Origin: the human T2T-CHM13v2.0 reference genome, Homo sapiens
Assembly (NCBI RefSeq): GCF_009914755.1
Contig: NC_060930.1
Length of the DNA stretch: 64,000 nucleotides
Direction: 5' to 3' (one strand)
Part shown: positions 31,256 to 44,500 of the stretch, in pieces
Layout: the number at the start of each line of letters is the position of its first letter
Numbering within the stretch: position 1 is the stretch's first letter
The notes under the pieces: model-generated
The model's input: only the letters and a program-made list of their open reading frames with translations
Database searches by the model: none
What the model was told of the DNA's origin: nothing
Position numbers and translations under genes: made by a program

Positions 31256-31352
31256 GCACATAGGAACTCTTTTATTTACGCAGCTTCTTGTAAGTCTGAA
31301 ATTATTTTAAAATTAAAAGTTTAAAATAACAACAAAAAAATCCTAATTATCA
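31256..31352 (+). repeat. Dispersed direct duplication, copy B2 (partner 23907-24006)
   Basis: Near-identical to B1, including an exact core of more than 45 bp. Confidence 0.9.
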
Positions 31353-32328
31353 TTAGGATTTTTGGCCTGTAGTGACCAACAAGTTAAATGCAGCTCCAGC
31401 TGTCCTGGATCTGGGATCTGGGTTCCTACAGTCCGTGTAGTTCTGCTTCCTTTGCTTACTGGCATATTAGCCACTCCCATTAGGCACCTAAAATGGTGTG
31501 TGAGTGCTGTGCTTGGAACAAACATAATTAAGAATCTAAGGAAGAAGAGATAACCACTACTTTTACTAGGGTTTATTCAGCTGAAGGTAATTAAAAACAG
31601 ATGATCAGTGAGAAAGAAGCTCATCCTCTGAGTTCCTTAGAAACTCAGCATAATGACATAGTGGATGCTGAGAGGAGTTTCCTGAAACAGTGAGGCCCTT
31701 AACTCCTTTGATAGAAGATCCATGGGATAAAATAATTAGAAAAGGGGAAATGAAATGGCTTGCCACTACTCTGATGCACTTGTTCACTCAGGTCTACAGC
31801 TACATTGTCCCCTCAAAAATTAATTTCTTAAATGTTTAAACAGAAATGTGCCAAGGGAAACCAATGTTAAGTTGTACTAAATAATGGGATTTTAAAAATC
31901 AAGGTTATTGAAGTGGACTTCATCCTCCTGGAATCTGACATGACCTTATACACCTCATGTCTCAGTTTTGAACACTCTTAAAGGACAAAATATGGCCACA
32001 TTAACATAGTAAGATAGTGAAGGTTTAAAAAGAAATTGGTATTGGAATCAAGTGAGACAAAAATCAGCACCCAGAGTTGGTAGTTCAGGGAGATATTTTA
32101 GTTTGCATTACCTAGATGACCAGGAAACGATCAATATCTACTTTGTTTTGCTCCATTACCTATTGCTTCAAAAAAGTGTTTCCAGAAATCCTGAGAGGAA
32201 TGCTTACATTTATCCTAAAGTACTTGTTTAATGCAAAATTATAAATTATTTTCTTGATACTAATATGCAGCAAGTAAACATTTCATACCACACCACCACT
32301 AACGCTGCCACCTTAAAGAACTTTTGGA

Positions 32329-32560
32329 GCAAGCTTGTCCAACTGGCAGCCCACAGGTCGTATGCAGCCCAAGATGGCTTTGAATGTGGCCAAACACAAA
32401 TTCATCAACTTTCTTAACACATTATGAGATTTGTTTTACAATTTTTTTTCAGCTCATCAGCTGTCATTAGCGTTAGTGCATTTTATGTGTGACCCAATTC
32501 TTCCAATGGCAATTATTCTTCCAATGTGGCCCAGGGAAGCCAAAAGGTTGGACACCCCTG
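32329..32560. mobile_element. MER30 (hAT-Charlie), about 60 bp from the exon 43 donor
   Basis: CTTGTCCAAC...GGCTTTGAATGTGGCC...GTGGCCCAGGGAAGCCAAAAGGTTGGACACCCCTG, with terminal inverted repeats. Confidence 0.8.
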
Positions 32561-32621
32561 ATTGAGAAAGAACTTTATGCCCTCTCAGTTCTGGTCTTCC
32601 TGGTAGAGCTGAACATCTTAC

Positions 32622-32752
32622 CTCTATAACATTGGTGGGACTGCAGATATAGATGCCAGATGGTGTCAACATTTCAGGATTGGAGAGTCCCTCGGCACCA
32701 GAAACCTGGATGATCACGTTGTTTCTTATTATATTTCCATGTCCTGACCAGT
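32622..32752 (-). CDS. PKHD1: PKHD1 exon 43 (131 nt): [43 protein letters not shown]
   Basis: Acceptor acattag|AC and donor GAG|gtaaga. Overlaps ORF 32457..32717. Phase 1-0. Confidence 0.96.
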
Positions 32753-32857
32753 CTAATGTTTCAACAAATCCAGGGGATCCACAAACATAATTAAAATGTA
32801 CTCAACTCAACACCCTTGATTCTACTAATACACATCAGAGTTCACATAATGCATTTC

Positions 32858-32879
32858 ATATATATATATATATATATAT
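32858..32879. repeat. (AT)11 microsatellite in the 252-bp intron 42
   Basis: Read directly. Confidence 0.9.
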
Positions 32880-33004
32880 TTAGAAAATATTTAGTATGCA
32901 CAATAAACTTAAGAGACCTAACATTTTGCCATCAGGCTTGTCTATAAAATATATGACAATTTTAAATACACTGTAATAGATTTAAAATCAATTTACATAT
33001 TTAC

Positions 33005-33061
33005 CATCTTTCCTTCCATGAATTGCCTCCCAGGAGATATATCTCATCTCCGTGCATGTCC
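33005..33061 (-). CDS. PKHD1: PKHD1 exon 42 (57 nt): [18 protein letters not shown]
   Basis: Acceptor ttgttctcag|GG and donor ATG|gtaaat. Bridges the frame between exons 41 and 43. Too short to appear in the ORF track. Phase 1-1. Confidence 0.93.
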
Positions 33062-34269
33062 CTGAGAACAAAAGACCCCATTACTTGAGTATATTTTATG
33101 TCACTTAGGAAAACAAGAGATGCTGCAACACTACTTCTTTGGGTGTGGGTTGTTTTGATTTTGTTTTTGTGTTTTTATCTGTAAATCAGGGAAAGAGATA
33201 CAGATCTTATGTACTCTTCAGTTCTAGAGTATCAGGAATCAGAAGTTCATTTTAAATAAAAAGAACAGAAAAATAGATCTGTTTTACTTTTGAGGAGGAG
33301 TCTAAGTGACTATCTCCACTGTTAAGTGCCACATATCCTGTGTCAACACCAACCCCATTCCTAGCTGTTCAAACTGGCCACCTGCTATCTGCATGCCCTC
33401 ACCTTCCCTTGGAAGATCTGAAATGTCCTGTAGGAACAGGATGGACAACATCTAGGACCTTCTCATCCAAACCACTGAGGTTGGAATAGAAGAGCAAGCA
33501 TGGGCCTTGCTAATAGAGAAATTAGTCACTTAAGGGCTATCAATAAAGAGCTGCCCCAAAGAACCCTTCATTACAAAGTCTTTAAGTATCTAGGCTTCCT
33601 CATGCCATTTCATGGGTCTGGGTTTGCATACTTGTTATGTGTGAGATTGAGTGCTTTACCCACCACACATCAATAAACAAAAATTTTAATTCCCTCACTT
33701 GTAATACAATAGATGTCAAAAGCTTATAATTCACAACATTCAAGCACTAAAGGCTAAATTCTGCCTACAGGTTTTCTTCCTTGCATAGTTAATATCTATT
33801 CCACATAATTGTTTTCTGCTAAGGTAATACTGTTAGGATGCCTTTCTCAATTTCTCCTTGATGTTTCACCTTTTCCCTTGCACGGACAAACATAGGAACA
33901 AACAAAGTCAATCCTACATCTGTTAGTTGACTTCCCTGTGGCTGTCCTTTTCTAATCAAAAGATTTTTCTGCACCTGATCACCTCAGTTACCCTTAGTTT
34001 TTGTCTTTTAGAGCTAGAGTATGTTTTAAAGCAAATGTATCTGATTCACATTTTCTCACTAGACAGTTTCCATCTCAGGATAGAACTTTTATAGCTTTTA
34101 TCTCAACAGATTGTTCTTAAATGAAACATGTATTTTTCCCACTGATGATACTATAGAATTAAATATCAAACGGTATTTAACAAATACAGTTATATTCTTA
34201 CTTTCAGTGAAAACCTCTGATTTACTTTTTTATTCTGATAAAACTGGAGACCCTTTGTTTCTTAATTCA

Positions 34270-34800
34270 TTCATTTCTTTCAACTAATAGATCTACAATG
34301 CACTAGTTAATATGCTAAGTGTTCAGGAGACAATGTCCTCAAGAAATCCGGTGGTATAAAGACATTAATCAGATGACCAGAAATGTGGTATATAATTTTA
34401 AATCAAGAAGTACTGATTGGCGCTTAAAGAGCTTAAACAGAAGGACTTGTCTGGGAGAGAGAATGTTGCAAGAGAAGAGTAAGTGGCATGAACAGAGCCA
34501 GAGAGCTTGTGCAAAGACCCTGAGGAAGGAAAAAGTGTGGTCTTTTGAAGGAACTAAAATAAAATATTTTAATGTCACTAGAGTATGGAGAAAGAGAAAA
34601 AAAACAAGACAAGTTTACAGAAGTTAACAGAGACAAAATCACTGAAGGGATCTTTTAAGTCTGGTGAAAAGTTTGGGATTCTATTTTAAAAGCAATAAGA
34701 ATCTCAAAGGAGAGAAGTGATATGATGCAATCTGAGATTTTTAAGGATAATTCTGAGTTTTGCAAGGGGAATGAACTTTAGGAAACAGAAGTAGATAGAG
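34270..34800 (-). mobile_element. L2 remnant; similar remnants at about 46390-46900 and 53400-53800
   Basis: TTCATTCATT...GTGCAAAGACCCTGAGG...GGAGAGAAGTGATATGAT. Approximate. Confidence 0.5.
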
Positions 34801-35233
34801 TTGATCAGTTGAAGATTCTGAAACATGGGCTTCTTCAGCAAGCCACAGGAGCTTGAATTCTATTAAGAAGAGAATTCCAGATTTTTAAATCCTTGGCCAA
34901 CATCCAAGTTTGACAGTCTGTAAGACTATACAAAGACATATGCATGTGACTTAGAATTATTGTGAAAATTACTGGTAGTAAACTTTAAAACTTCCCATTA
35001 TACACTTATTAACCTGAACTAACCTTTAAAAGATCAGTATCCTATAGGTAAAGTTTAGTAAGCCAATCAGTGATGACTACATTTAAATTTAGAATGTTTT
35101 ACTGTAGCCCATTTCTAGTGATCATAAAGCCAATATTTTTATAAATTAGGAATTAGAAATTTGGGGAGAATTCATTGTGAAAAACTGTGTCCTACACAAG
35201 AATGCAGAAATTCAACAAGCTTGTTTTACTTAC

Positions 35234-35359
35234 CAACTAGCAGCGCATGACCTAAAATATTGTAGAATACATTACTGTCCACCTTCAGGCCCAAGGTCCC
35301 GCACATGCTGAGGCCTCTACTGAAGGAGTTCCTCACTGTGCAGCCCTGTATGAAAGACT
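35234..35359 (-). CDS. PKHD1: PKHD1 exon 41 (126 nt): [41 protein letters not shown] (PbH1 repeats)
   Basis: Acceptor cctattcag|AG and donor TTG|gtaagt. Overlaps ORF 35226..35417. Phase 1-1. Confidence 0.97.
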
Positions 35360-36607
35360 CTGAATAGGAAAGAGTAAAGTAAAAATTAGATATGGCTCCT
35401 GAGATTCTGTTGACCATATTTAGAGCAACCTACACTGTAGCTAAAGACATTCTCCCACACAATAATGAAACTCAGGAGATAAGAAGTTAGAAGCAGCAAT
35501 CGAATCAAGAGAATGAGTAACTCAAACCAATGGGCCTCAATAATAAAAAGGGTGAAATTCAACAATCAAGTGTTAGAAAAAAAAAAACAATCTGAGAAAG
35601 ACAAAGTATGTCTAAACAATAAAAGAACTCATGGCTGTCAAGATTTCCAACTGGCTATCATCTTTAGTATCAGCTTTCATCATAATACAGCAGATGAGAA
35701 GTTAAGGATAACGTGAAGAGCACTGCTTATGGGCCAGCCTTGATCTTTGAAACCTGGAGCAGTGAATTAATATTTATAATTTATCAGGCAATAATATTAT
35801 TGGCCCAAGATAGCCAGAGACTCATTCCTAACTGTAAGCAAGGTCAAAGGTTGGCCTGAGGATCATGACTCTCACATTTGAACTGGATAGGTTTATACAA
35901 CTAAAGAGGAAGCTATCCTCTACTACGCTAAAAAATTGACAATTAGGAAAATCATTACACTGGTTCCATAGGCATATTCTATGATCCCCAGATCTGGTTA
36001 TGAGGCCTAGATGAGTCAATGAATACACAATTACTGAGTATCAACTATATGTTTCAGGAATTGTGCATTGCATTGTGCTGGAAACATAAAGATGAATGAA
36101 ACTAAGTAACCTCTGCATTCATGTATTTGCATTCTGATGGAGGAAACTGACATTAAAATAATAAAAATCCATTATTTGAATAATTAAACTATAAATCCTA
36201 AAAAGGGAGCTTTGTATTATTACTAGGTAGTGAGAAAGATACAGATGCCAAGTGCTGGGATATTAGAAAAGTTACTTTAGTTTACAGAATAATTTGACTT
36301 TTACAGTTGGGACTATCCAAAAAATTCTAAACTTTAACATCACTATCAACACTGGATCTCCACATTCCCCTCAATCTCAGCTCTCCTACTACTAGGTGCC
36401 CTCACATTGCTCATCAAGGATCCACCCCAATAAATTAACCCATCCATATCTACTTCTGTAGCAAACACTGCCCATAGTGCACAGAATCTTCACCATATCA
36501 CCCAAACAGCATAGGCCTGACCATGTGAAAAACCAGTAAGTACTTATGTGTTTGTGTAGCTCTTATGGGCGGAATACTGGGATTAGTGAACCTTTAAAAA
36601 GTACTGT

Positions 36608-36679
36608 GCAACATTTACCTATGTAACAAACCTGCACATCCTGCACATGTACCCTAGAACTTAAAATTAAATTAAATTT
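36608..36679 (+). mobile_element. 3'-terminal stub (about 72 bp) of an older L1PA
   Basis: ACCTATGTAACAAACCTGCACATCCTGCACATGTACCCTAGAACTTAAAA, with TSD TTTAAAAAGTACTGT at 36593-36607 and 36680-36694. Confidence 0.85.
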
Positions 36680-37989
36680 TTTAAAAAGTACTGTTCAAAT
36701 ATCCCAATGCTTTCTAACTCTGGTAGCTGGGAGTAATTAGCTGCGTAGGACATGAGGGGCTTCAGGGTGTTAAACAATAAAAGATTCCTTAATGAGCATT
36801 CCAAAAGTTTCTAGCCTCTGCATTTTAACAGGGATTTAAAGGTAATAAATGTATTAATGCAGTAATTTTCAAACTTTTATTTTTTAAGCACTGAACTCTT
36901 TTTCAAATAAAACCTAAAATATAAAATATCTATAAAAATAGATGAGTGTGCAGCTACTCTGATTGAAACAGAGGTGGGAGAGATAGGTTAGGTAAAATTT
37001 GATCAAGGAAGGGCTTTGATTATGTTCAATTGATAACTTATTTGTGACAGCTACCCTCTTTTTTACTGAATTGGCCGCATGTCAAATATTCTGCAGTACT
37101 ATATACAGCTGACCAAAGAACCAGAGAGAAGGAAATAAAGATACTAATCAATCCGAAGCACTAGCGGAGAGGCCATATGCGGAGCCATCCTCTGAAATGA
37201 CTCAAATAAATTTAAAAAGATTGGAAAAATTAGAAGAAATAGACGTCCTTAGCATGCAGATAATTTGAAATGAAGGAAAATGTTGCTTCTGGCAGTTCAG
37301 AATCCTGCCCTCAATGACCTGAAGGATTACTCTGCAATTACCTGTTAGAATCCTAGCATCTCTCAAAAGCCACCTGAACCACAAAGTATGCCCTGATGTC
37401 CTTTGTCAGGCATCAACCTCTGAACCCCTGGGGCACAGCCTCTTTAAAGAAGGCAAAGCTTGAATGTGTGGGTGTTGAAAGTGCTGATGAATGGGGAGGA
37501 TTACTCAGAAATGGAGCTGCTGTCCTCCTGACTTGGCATCTGCACCCCCATTCTGTGATTCTCTGCATGTCAGCTTTTGGTAATGAGTTTTTGCCCTGGA
37601 TGTTCCTACATTCAACTTTTATTTTAGAACTTTTATCAGTGCATTTGGTCATATTCTGTTTTTCTGATTCTGATCTTGTTTTTCACCTAGTTGTTCTCAC
37701 CTGAATTTGATGTTTCCTGCTCCCTTCTTATATCTTCATGTCTGGCCAAGATCTGCACATGTAACTGCTCCTCATTTCCAGAAAAAGCACCTGGGTTTCA
37801 GCCCATTCCCCCTCATTTCCCCAGGCAAAAGATTCCTCTGATTTAGGACAACTTTACATAGAAGTGCCTGGACTCCCACAGTGTTGATAATGTAATGCCA
37901 ATTCACCTGTAGTCACAAAGCTAGTAAGTGGTAGAGACAGAATTCAAAACACAGGATTGTGTGGTTCACTCTTGTGTGCTGTATTATAG

Positions 37990-38168
37990 TGATAGTTCTC
38001 AAACTGGACTCCTTGGACTGCCTGTTCCAGAATCAAAAGGTTTGTATTTAAAATACACATTCCTAAGCCTACCTTAGACCAGAATTTGTTGGGGTAAGGT
38101 CTATAACTCTGAATTTTAATAAGCTCCACAAGTGATTTGTTTAGGCATACTGAAGTTTGGGAACCATA
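37990..38168. mobile_element. MER5A-type hAT element
   Basis: GTTCTCAAACT...ATTTTAATAAGCTCCACAAGTGATT...AAGTTTGGGAACCA. Confidence 0.6.
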
Positions 38169-38301
38169 GACCTAGAATATAACAATTATCCATCTCTAAA
38201 TCCCTCAAATCCCACATATCATCTATCATTCCACCATGCATGTAGTGCCTTAAACATGGGAGAAAGAAACATGAGAAAGTCCTAGGTCCGGACCCCCTTA
38301 C

Positions 38302-38493
38302 CTCTCATAGCTCCCACCAGAGTGAGTGAGCTCAGATGCTTATGGAAGGCTTGCCCCAAGACTTGAAACTGCACTCCCTTCAACTGGACCTGGCTGGGCT
38401 CTTCTGGGAAGGACTGAACGATCACTCTGGCTCCCATATCCCTGGATCCTAGCATCTTCTCACTCATGGAATACAAACAGTGCTGCAGATTAC
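38302..38493 (-). CDS. PKHD1: PKHD1 exon 40 (192 nt): [28 protein letters not shown]...LVGAMR
   Basis: Acceptor catttcag|GT and donor GAG|gtaagg. Overlaps ORF 38282..38476. Phase 1-1. Confidence 0.97.
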
Positions 38494-39045
38494 CTGAAAT
38501 GCAAAATAAAGTCCAGAGAACCTAAAGCATGTAGAACATGCTTCCAGACAAATCTCCCAGTTTGAAAGGTACTGTCAGCACCGAGGAAAAACCATTACTG
38601 TTTATTTCATTTAATAATCTTATTTCCCCTTTTCTTTGATTCTCCTCTGTATATTATTAATTAAAAGATCTGATAAACAGGACATGATGTTGCCTTCATT
38701 CTATTTTTTCAAGAAACTCCCAAATCAATCACCTTAATTACTGTCACAAAGAGTCAGACTATAACCCACAAACCCAACCTAAATAGATGCTTATTTCAAT
38801 CTAAAAGATCCTCTGGAGGAAATGTGCAATAAAATGACCTTCTTGTGGTTGATAATTGTAGGAAAGACATGTTAGCACTGAATATAATAACAGCACTTTT
38901 TAATCTTAAGCTGTCCAATGAGGTTTCCCCATTACTGTGCTGTTTTATGGTTTGGGGACTTAGCAATAACGCTACCACAGAAATGTCAAAGGACTCCAGA
39001 GAAGCAACTGAGCAGCTCCTGCACCAACACCTACTTCCCCAGCTG

Positions 39046-39190
39046 TGCCACTAATGAGGACAGCAGCAACCTGAGCCTAACACACACAACTACAAATGCC
39101 AGTGAGGACAGCAACCACCTGAACTAACACACACAACTATGAATGCCAGGGAGGGCAGCAAACCACCTGGACCTAACACACACAACTACT
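39046..39190. repeat. Minisatellite, three copies of about 48-50 bp
   Basis: Unit approximately TGCCAGTGAGGACAGCAACCACCTGAACTAACACACACAACTA(N)AA. Confidence 0.9.
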
Positions 39191-40817
39191 ATTGCTACCA
39201 AAATGTTGTGACCTCAGGATCCAGGGCACCTTCTGTTGATACATGGCATTTGGTGGTACAAACTAATCTGGAGAATAAATCATCTCTCCAATGGATAATA
39301 AAGATTTTTCATGTTAATGATCCAAAGAAGCACCAATAATATAAAACACTGTATCATATCACAGTAAATTTCAGAATCCAATCATTTGCTATTACCCAGA
39401 GAAGAGGTGAATGAAGAGATATTTATATTTGTATGCCTTATCACAATTTGATTATTTGTGCCACTGATCCATAAGATTTTCAAATGGACAGGCCTTGTGT
39501 TATTAAATTCAGCTACCTTGTTCCACACTCCAGCCCCACACAGAAAAGAAATGACTTATTTTGAGAATATTGTAGTTGTATTTACGATTTGTGATGCAAT
39601 CAAGGATGTTTTCCATTTGGGGCTAACAGATTTATAATGGCTTAAACCTAGAAGCATGATCTCACTGGCAGCATGATCAAATGCAATATTTGGCAAAATA
39701 TGATCTCAGAATACCAAGGAAGTTTGAATAGAATGTAGATCCCAATTCTGCAGAATTGATAAAGTTGGGCAGTTGATGGAAGTGAACCCACTGTTATCCA
39801 AACATTCTTTTTAGAATGACACATTTGTGAGTAGATGATTTGTAGGGAGGGAGGTGAGGCCAAACTGCCTCTCTACTTCTAACAACTCCCCACACCCAAC
39901 CACATGGCAACATTTTACTCACATGCACCTATATTTAGACACAACTCAAATCTTTAACTCCAGCTCCCTTTGACCTTTCTTCCAGGCTCCACACATTACC
40001 AGACATCTCTACACAGTTGGCTGGCCTGCTGGCATCTCAGTTATGACATATACAAAATTAAACTCACGATTGCCACTCTCCCACCCCAAAACCTGCTCCT
40101 CTTCCCATCCCAGCAAATAGCCTCATCATCCATCCAGAGCTCATGCCTGGAAGTCATCCTTGACACCCACGCCATCCTGGACCAAAGTTGACAAATGATG
40201 TCTTCACAACATGTGAAAGCCTCATAATCTACAGCCTGGGAAACCAAAACATGACCTACTAAACTAACCATCCCTGAAATAGATGCTTAATAGGCACATC
40301 AATGTGATTCAGTGCCTGCTATTCTACTAGAAGATAAATTGAATTTTTCCACCACTTACCTAAAGTATGTGGTAGTTCACTCAGAAAACAAATCCCAAAA
40401 TGGGGATGGGGGAGCCCTACAAGTCTAATCAGTAAGAATGTGCTGCCTGAGCCCAGAACTCTGGCATATGGCTTTCCTGAGAATCTTAGAAGTGGCCTGG
40501 AATTTTAACATTGAACCCAGAAATGTAATTCAACTCTTCAGATTTAGTTCTTTAATAGAAATATTTTCCCCAGAGAAATAATATTTTATTTCTTTTGTCT
40601 TTTGTTATCTTTTTCACAAGGTTGTTGGGCAGTGGGGCAGAGAGGAGGATGAAATGACAATCAAGAGCATTCTGAAAACTACAGAAAAGTATGGGCATCC
40701 AAAGTTTAAGGGCTTATTCTATTTTAAAAGAGGTCAACCACAGCAATGCCATCTATCATCAGACAGTAAGAATATTCTTTTTTGCTCATTAGACTTTCCA
40801 ACAAAACACTCTTCTAC

Positions 40818-40975
40818 CTTCTGGAGCATTGGCCTCCTGGCATGAAACAAGCAGCTTCTCCCTCTCATTAGTGAGATTTCCTTGTATGGTAATACTCCTG
40901 CTGAGCAGAGCCACAGTGGCCTTTAAAATATGGTGCTCTCCAGCCACCCAATTCTCTGTAAAGTTGTGAGAATAT
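40818..40975 (-). CDS. PKHD1: PKHD1 exon 39 (158 nt): [32 protein letters not shown]...ANAPE
   Basis: Acceptor tttttttctccag|A and donor AAG|gtagaa. Frame is continuous. Phase 2-1. Confidence 0.96.
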
Positions 40976-41384
40976 CTGGAGAAAAAAAGAGGATGATAGA
41001 ACTGAGGACATCACTCCAAATCTTACTAGGAATAATAAGCCACTAGATTAACATAATTCTTCCTTTGGGGATCTATTCATGTTTCTTTAGAAACTCAATA
41101 CCAAATAGTGAACTATAGACACAAGTACATGAAAATTAGAAACTATGCTGATCATTGCCCCAAACATTTGTGTAAGACAGAAGTTCTAGAGACAAGACAA
41201 ACTAACTTACAAAGTCTAAATCTTCAAAACATTTCATGCTTTTTAATTTTCTTGTCAAAATGTCTACCATTATTTAAGCAGAAGAAATATATCATTGAAA
41301 GACCCCAATACAAATGTCCAGACCCCAATACAGTTAAGATCTCATCTTCTTCCATGTCAACTTAGCCAAGCTGACACTCAGTAC

Positions 41385-41595
41385 CTCAAAGGTGACTTAA
41401 GATAGAGGTCTGTATCCTGCACAGTTTCCACAGTGACAATCTCTTCCATCGGTTTGGCACCTTTAACACCTGTTCCACTGATGATGACAACTTCATCCCC
41501 AGGGTTCCAGTCCACAGCATCTTCTAAAGCCAGCACTGTGTCTAGGGCATGGGCAGTTGCTCTAAGACAGGTGACAATTACTTCTGGTAGTGAAC
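41385..41595 (-). CDS. PKHD1: PKHD1 exon 38 (211 nt): [42 protein letters not shown]...LKSPLR
   Basis: Acceptor gctttag|GT and donor GAG|gtactg. Continues the frame of exon 37. Phase 1-2. Confidence 0.96.
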
Positions 41596-44500
41596 CTAAA
41601 GCAGCCCGAGGAAAAGTTGTCCAGATAATTTAATCATTAATCAAAACGTGATTAATTTAATCATTAATAAATGTGATGTTATTTAGCCAAAGAATCCCAT
41701 AAAATAAGACCTGGAAAAGCAAGCTTCAGGATAGGTAAGCACTAATTTTTTTATATTAGTTTTGTTTTATTTTGTTTGACCTTGGTTTTCTTTTTATCTA
41801 TAAAAAGAAGTCAATAAAAGTAAGCCAGACTAGAGAATAGCAACGTGTAAAAAGCACAAGAATTGTGGTCAGATTACACTTATATTTGAATCACGATCTT
41901 TTCATATTCTAACCCTATTCTTTAGGGTAATAAACTTGATGAATGGGCTTCAGTTTCCTCAGTTAAAAACAGAAGTAGCAGGGTCTTCCATCATAGGGTT
42001 TTGGAAGGATTCAATGAAATAGTATCTATGAAACATCTAGCTTGGATCTTACCACATAATAGACCCTAAGGGTATGTTAGTCCTTTCTCTTCCTTTTCTG
42101 TGTCACACTGTTTGAGGATGAAATTTTACCACCTCTTTTTTATTCCAAGAAAAAACAAGTGGTTATTAGACTTTCTGATGTAGACCTCCATAACTAATTT
42201 CCAATATGAAGACTTCACAAATAACAAAAATAGAGGGGAAAACAAAAATTATCTCTTAGAGTTGTCATAAGTCTTGGTGTATTAAATGATCCCTTCAAAC
42301 TCTAAAAACTAGACCTATCTAACATAGGACTGCTAAATGCAGTTGAAGAAGGGGAACTTGTGGTTCAAGATAAACTTTGTTTGTATTACACTCCAGCATA
42401 CCCGCCTGACCATCCCCATACCAGCATGCTAATCTCTAATTATCAAAGATTCAAGAAGGTCATCTGTCTCACAGTTTATTCTGGTCTTTTCCAGCAAGGG
42501 TCAAGGCACAGATTTTTTCAAGGCATTATCTGAATACTTCAGAAAACACATGGCTTACTCCCTACTCCTTCCTCTTTCTGTAGTACATTTCCTTCCTCTT
42601 TTGCAATGGATGATAATTTACCTTTAGCCCGCAGCAAGTTACTGTCCTCCCTTGTTGTACTAAAGTAAAGTAATAATACTTGAATCTCTAACTACAGAGG
42701 TGGCCGACAATAAATCATTTTCAAATTATTTTAAACTTTCCTCTTTATTTATTTGTCTCTCTGTGCATAAGCACTTGTACCAATAATGTTCTAGGTTTAG
42801 AAAGGTCTCTGGGTTAATATTGTAATTTCTGAAGTTTACTTGGGCAATAATTTTGTCTTAAAAAAATGTACAGAGTTCAAAATTTCTAATTATAAGGCAG
42901 GTGAAAATTAAGACATAAATCATCCCAAAAGAAAATAATTTTAACTTTATTTCTTGTTTGTATATCTTAACCCTTGGAAACAATAAAATGAAATAAAATT
43001 TATTTATATGTATATGCATATATATGTGAATTTTTATAACCCATTCTTGAATGCCTACATACAAAAATCTCTACTAAGCACAGAAAAATGTTTATCCAAG
43101 ACAAAATGCCGTCAGACTCTGTGATCAGTATTCACAATTCTCAATTAATATGCAACAAATACCTGCTATGTGACTATCAACATGCAAGCTACGCATGGCA
43201 GAACCAAGAGTAAAGACCACAAAGGTCTAGCTCAACTAGTTACTCCTATAAATAATGGTCAACTCTGAATGGATGAAAAAATTCACAGATAATCTTTGAA
43301 GTACATTTTTAAACTATTAACAAAAAAGTTACATCTTTGTAAATATTGACAGAGCCTCTAGAAAGCAGTAAAACTAGCTTATAACTTATGCACTCCCATT
43401 GCAAAAATAACACCTCTATGTGTATGGTTAAAACATCAAGCCTGGATGTTTAATGAGTGTTGGCCTCATATTTCTAGCTACATAGTAGATATTGACATTT
43501 AGATGAGCTACTACCATCTTGAAATTATTGTAATAATTATCTGAGCTAGACCCTCTTGCAAACAGCTTTTATTCCTTTAAGTATTCCTCCTTATGTTCTT
43601 TTTTTAAACAAATTTTGTGCTAAGTTATTTCAATTACATCCCTTCTTTGTCCATTAACCTGCAGTATTTTCCTGCAATACTCAGTAACAAAGTCTCAAAT
43701 TTGCTGCTTGACTTCAAAGACTCTCCATAATGTGACCCTACTTTATGGTCTCTGATTTCTTAATAAATTCTGTTCCAAGAAGCCCAGTCTCTTTACCTCT
43801 TCTCATTTAACCGGATCGTCCTGCCTCTAATCTTTTGTCAATTTCGTCCTTTCCGCTCGTGTCCTTGCTTCTTTCTCTTCATCTATCCTTTTAAAGCACA
43901 ACTCAAGCCCAATCTTTTCAGTGAATTTCAGAACATACTTCATCTTCACTTCCTCCTACAAACCTTGTAGTGATCAGTGACATCGTTCCTTCAGCAAAAT
44001 CTGTGTGTACATCTGGGATTTAGGCATTCCCAAGTATGTCTGGGTAGCTTGTGGGCCATTTATTTGAGCTGCTTTGTGTGGGGGAGGAAGTTTGCACAAA
44101 GAAACAGATGAGAGAAAAGAAGATGACAGAGAAGATATGGGGTCAATCTCAGATATAGGCCCTCTCTCTTGACCACAAGGACCTATGACTGAACCTGAGG
44201 GAATAATTTGGAGGAACCCTCCAGATGGCTTTGTCACCTGATGCTGCTCCACCTGAGATTCTCTCACCAACTCACTCTGCTGCATTCTTTAGAACTTAAT
44301 CCTGAGAGAAGGCTCCAAGACTTGCTGAGTAGGCAAACCCTGTATATAATCTGTCATATCACCATGGCTGTCTCCTTTCTCACACTTAACACAACTGCAA
44401 TTTGGCCTCTATTTCTGTACTTAGAATTTGTCTCCCCCACTAAACATAACAGCAAAAACCATACCTATGTTCATTCACCGTCACAATATCAATGCCTTTC

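Noticed and set aside
32622-32630. Pathogenic coding alleles such as I2331K
   Set aside because: The codon reads ATA (Ile), and the spliced frame across all 12 exons is open and matches the recalled reference protein.
39046-39190. CRISPR-like repeat-spacer array
   Set aside because: The intervening segments are themselves homologous, so this is a tandem repeat. The context is mammalian and has no cas genes.
41433-41633. Plus-strand ORF over exon 38 as an antisense gene
   Set aside because: It is a shadow ORF opposite real coding sequence, with a GTG start.
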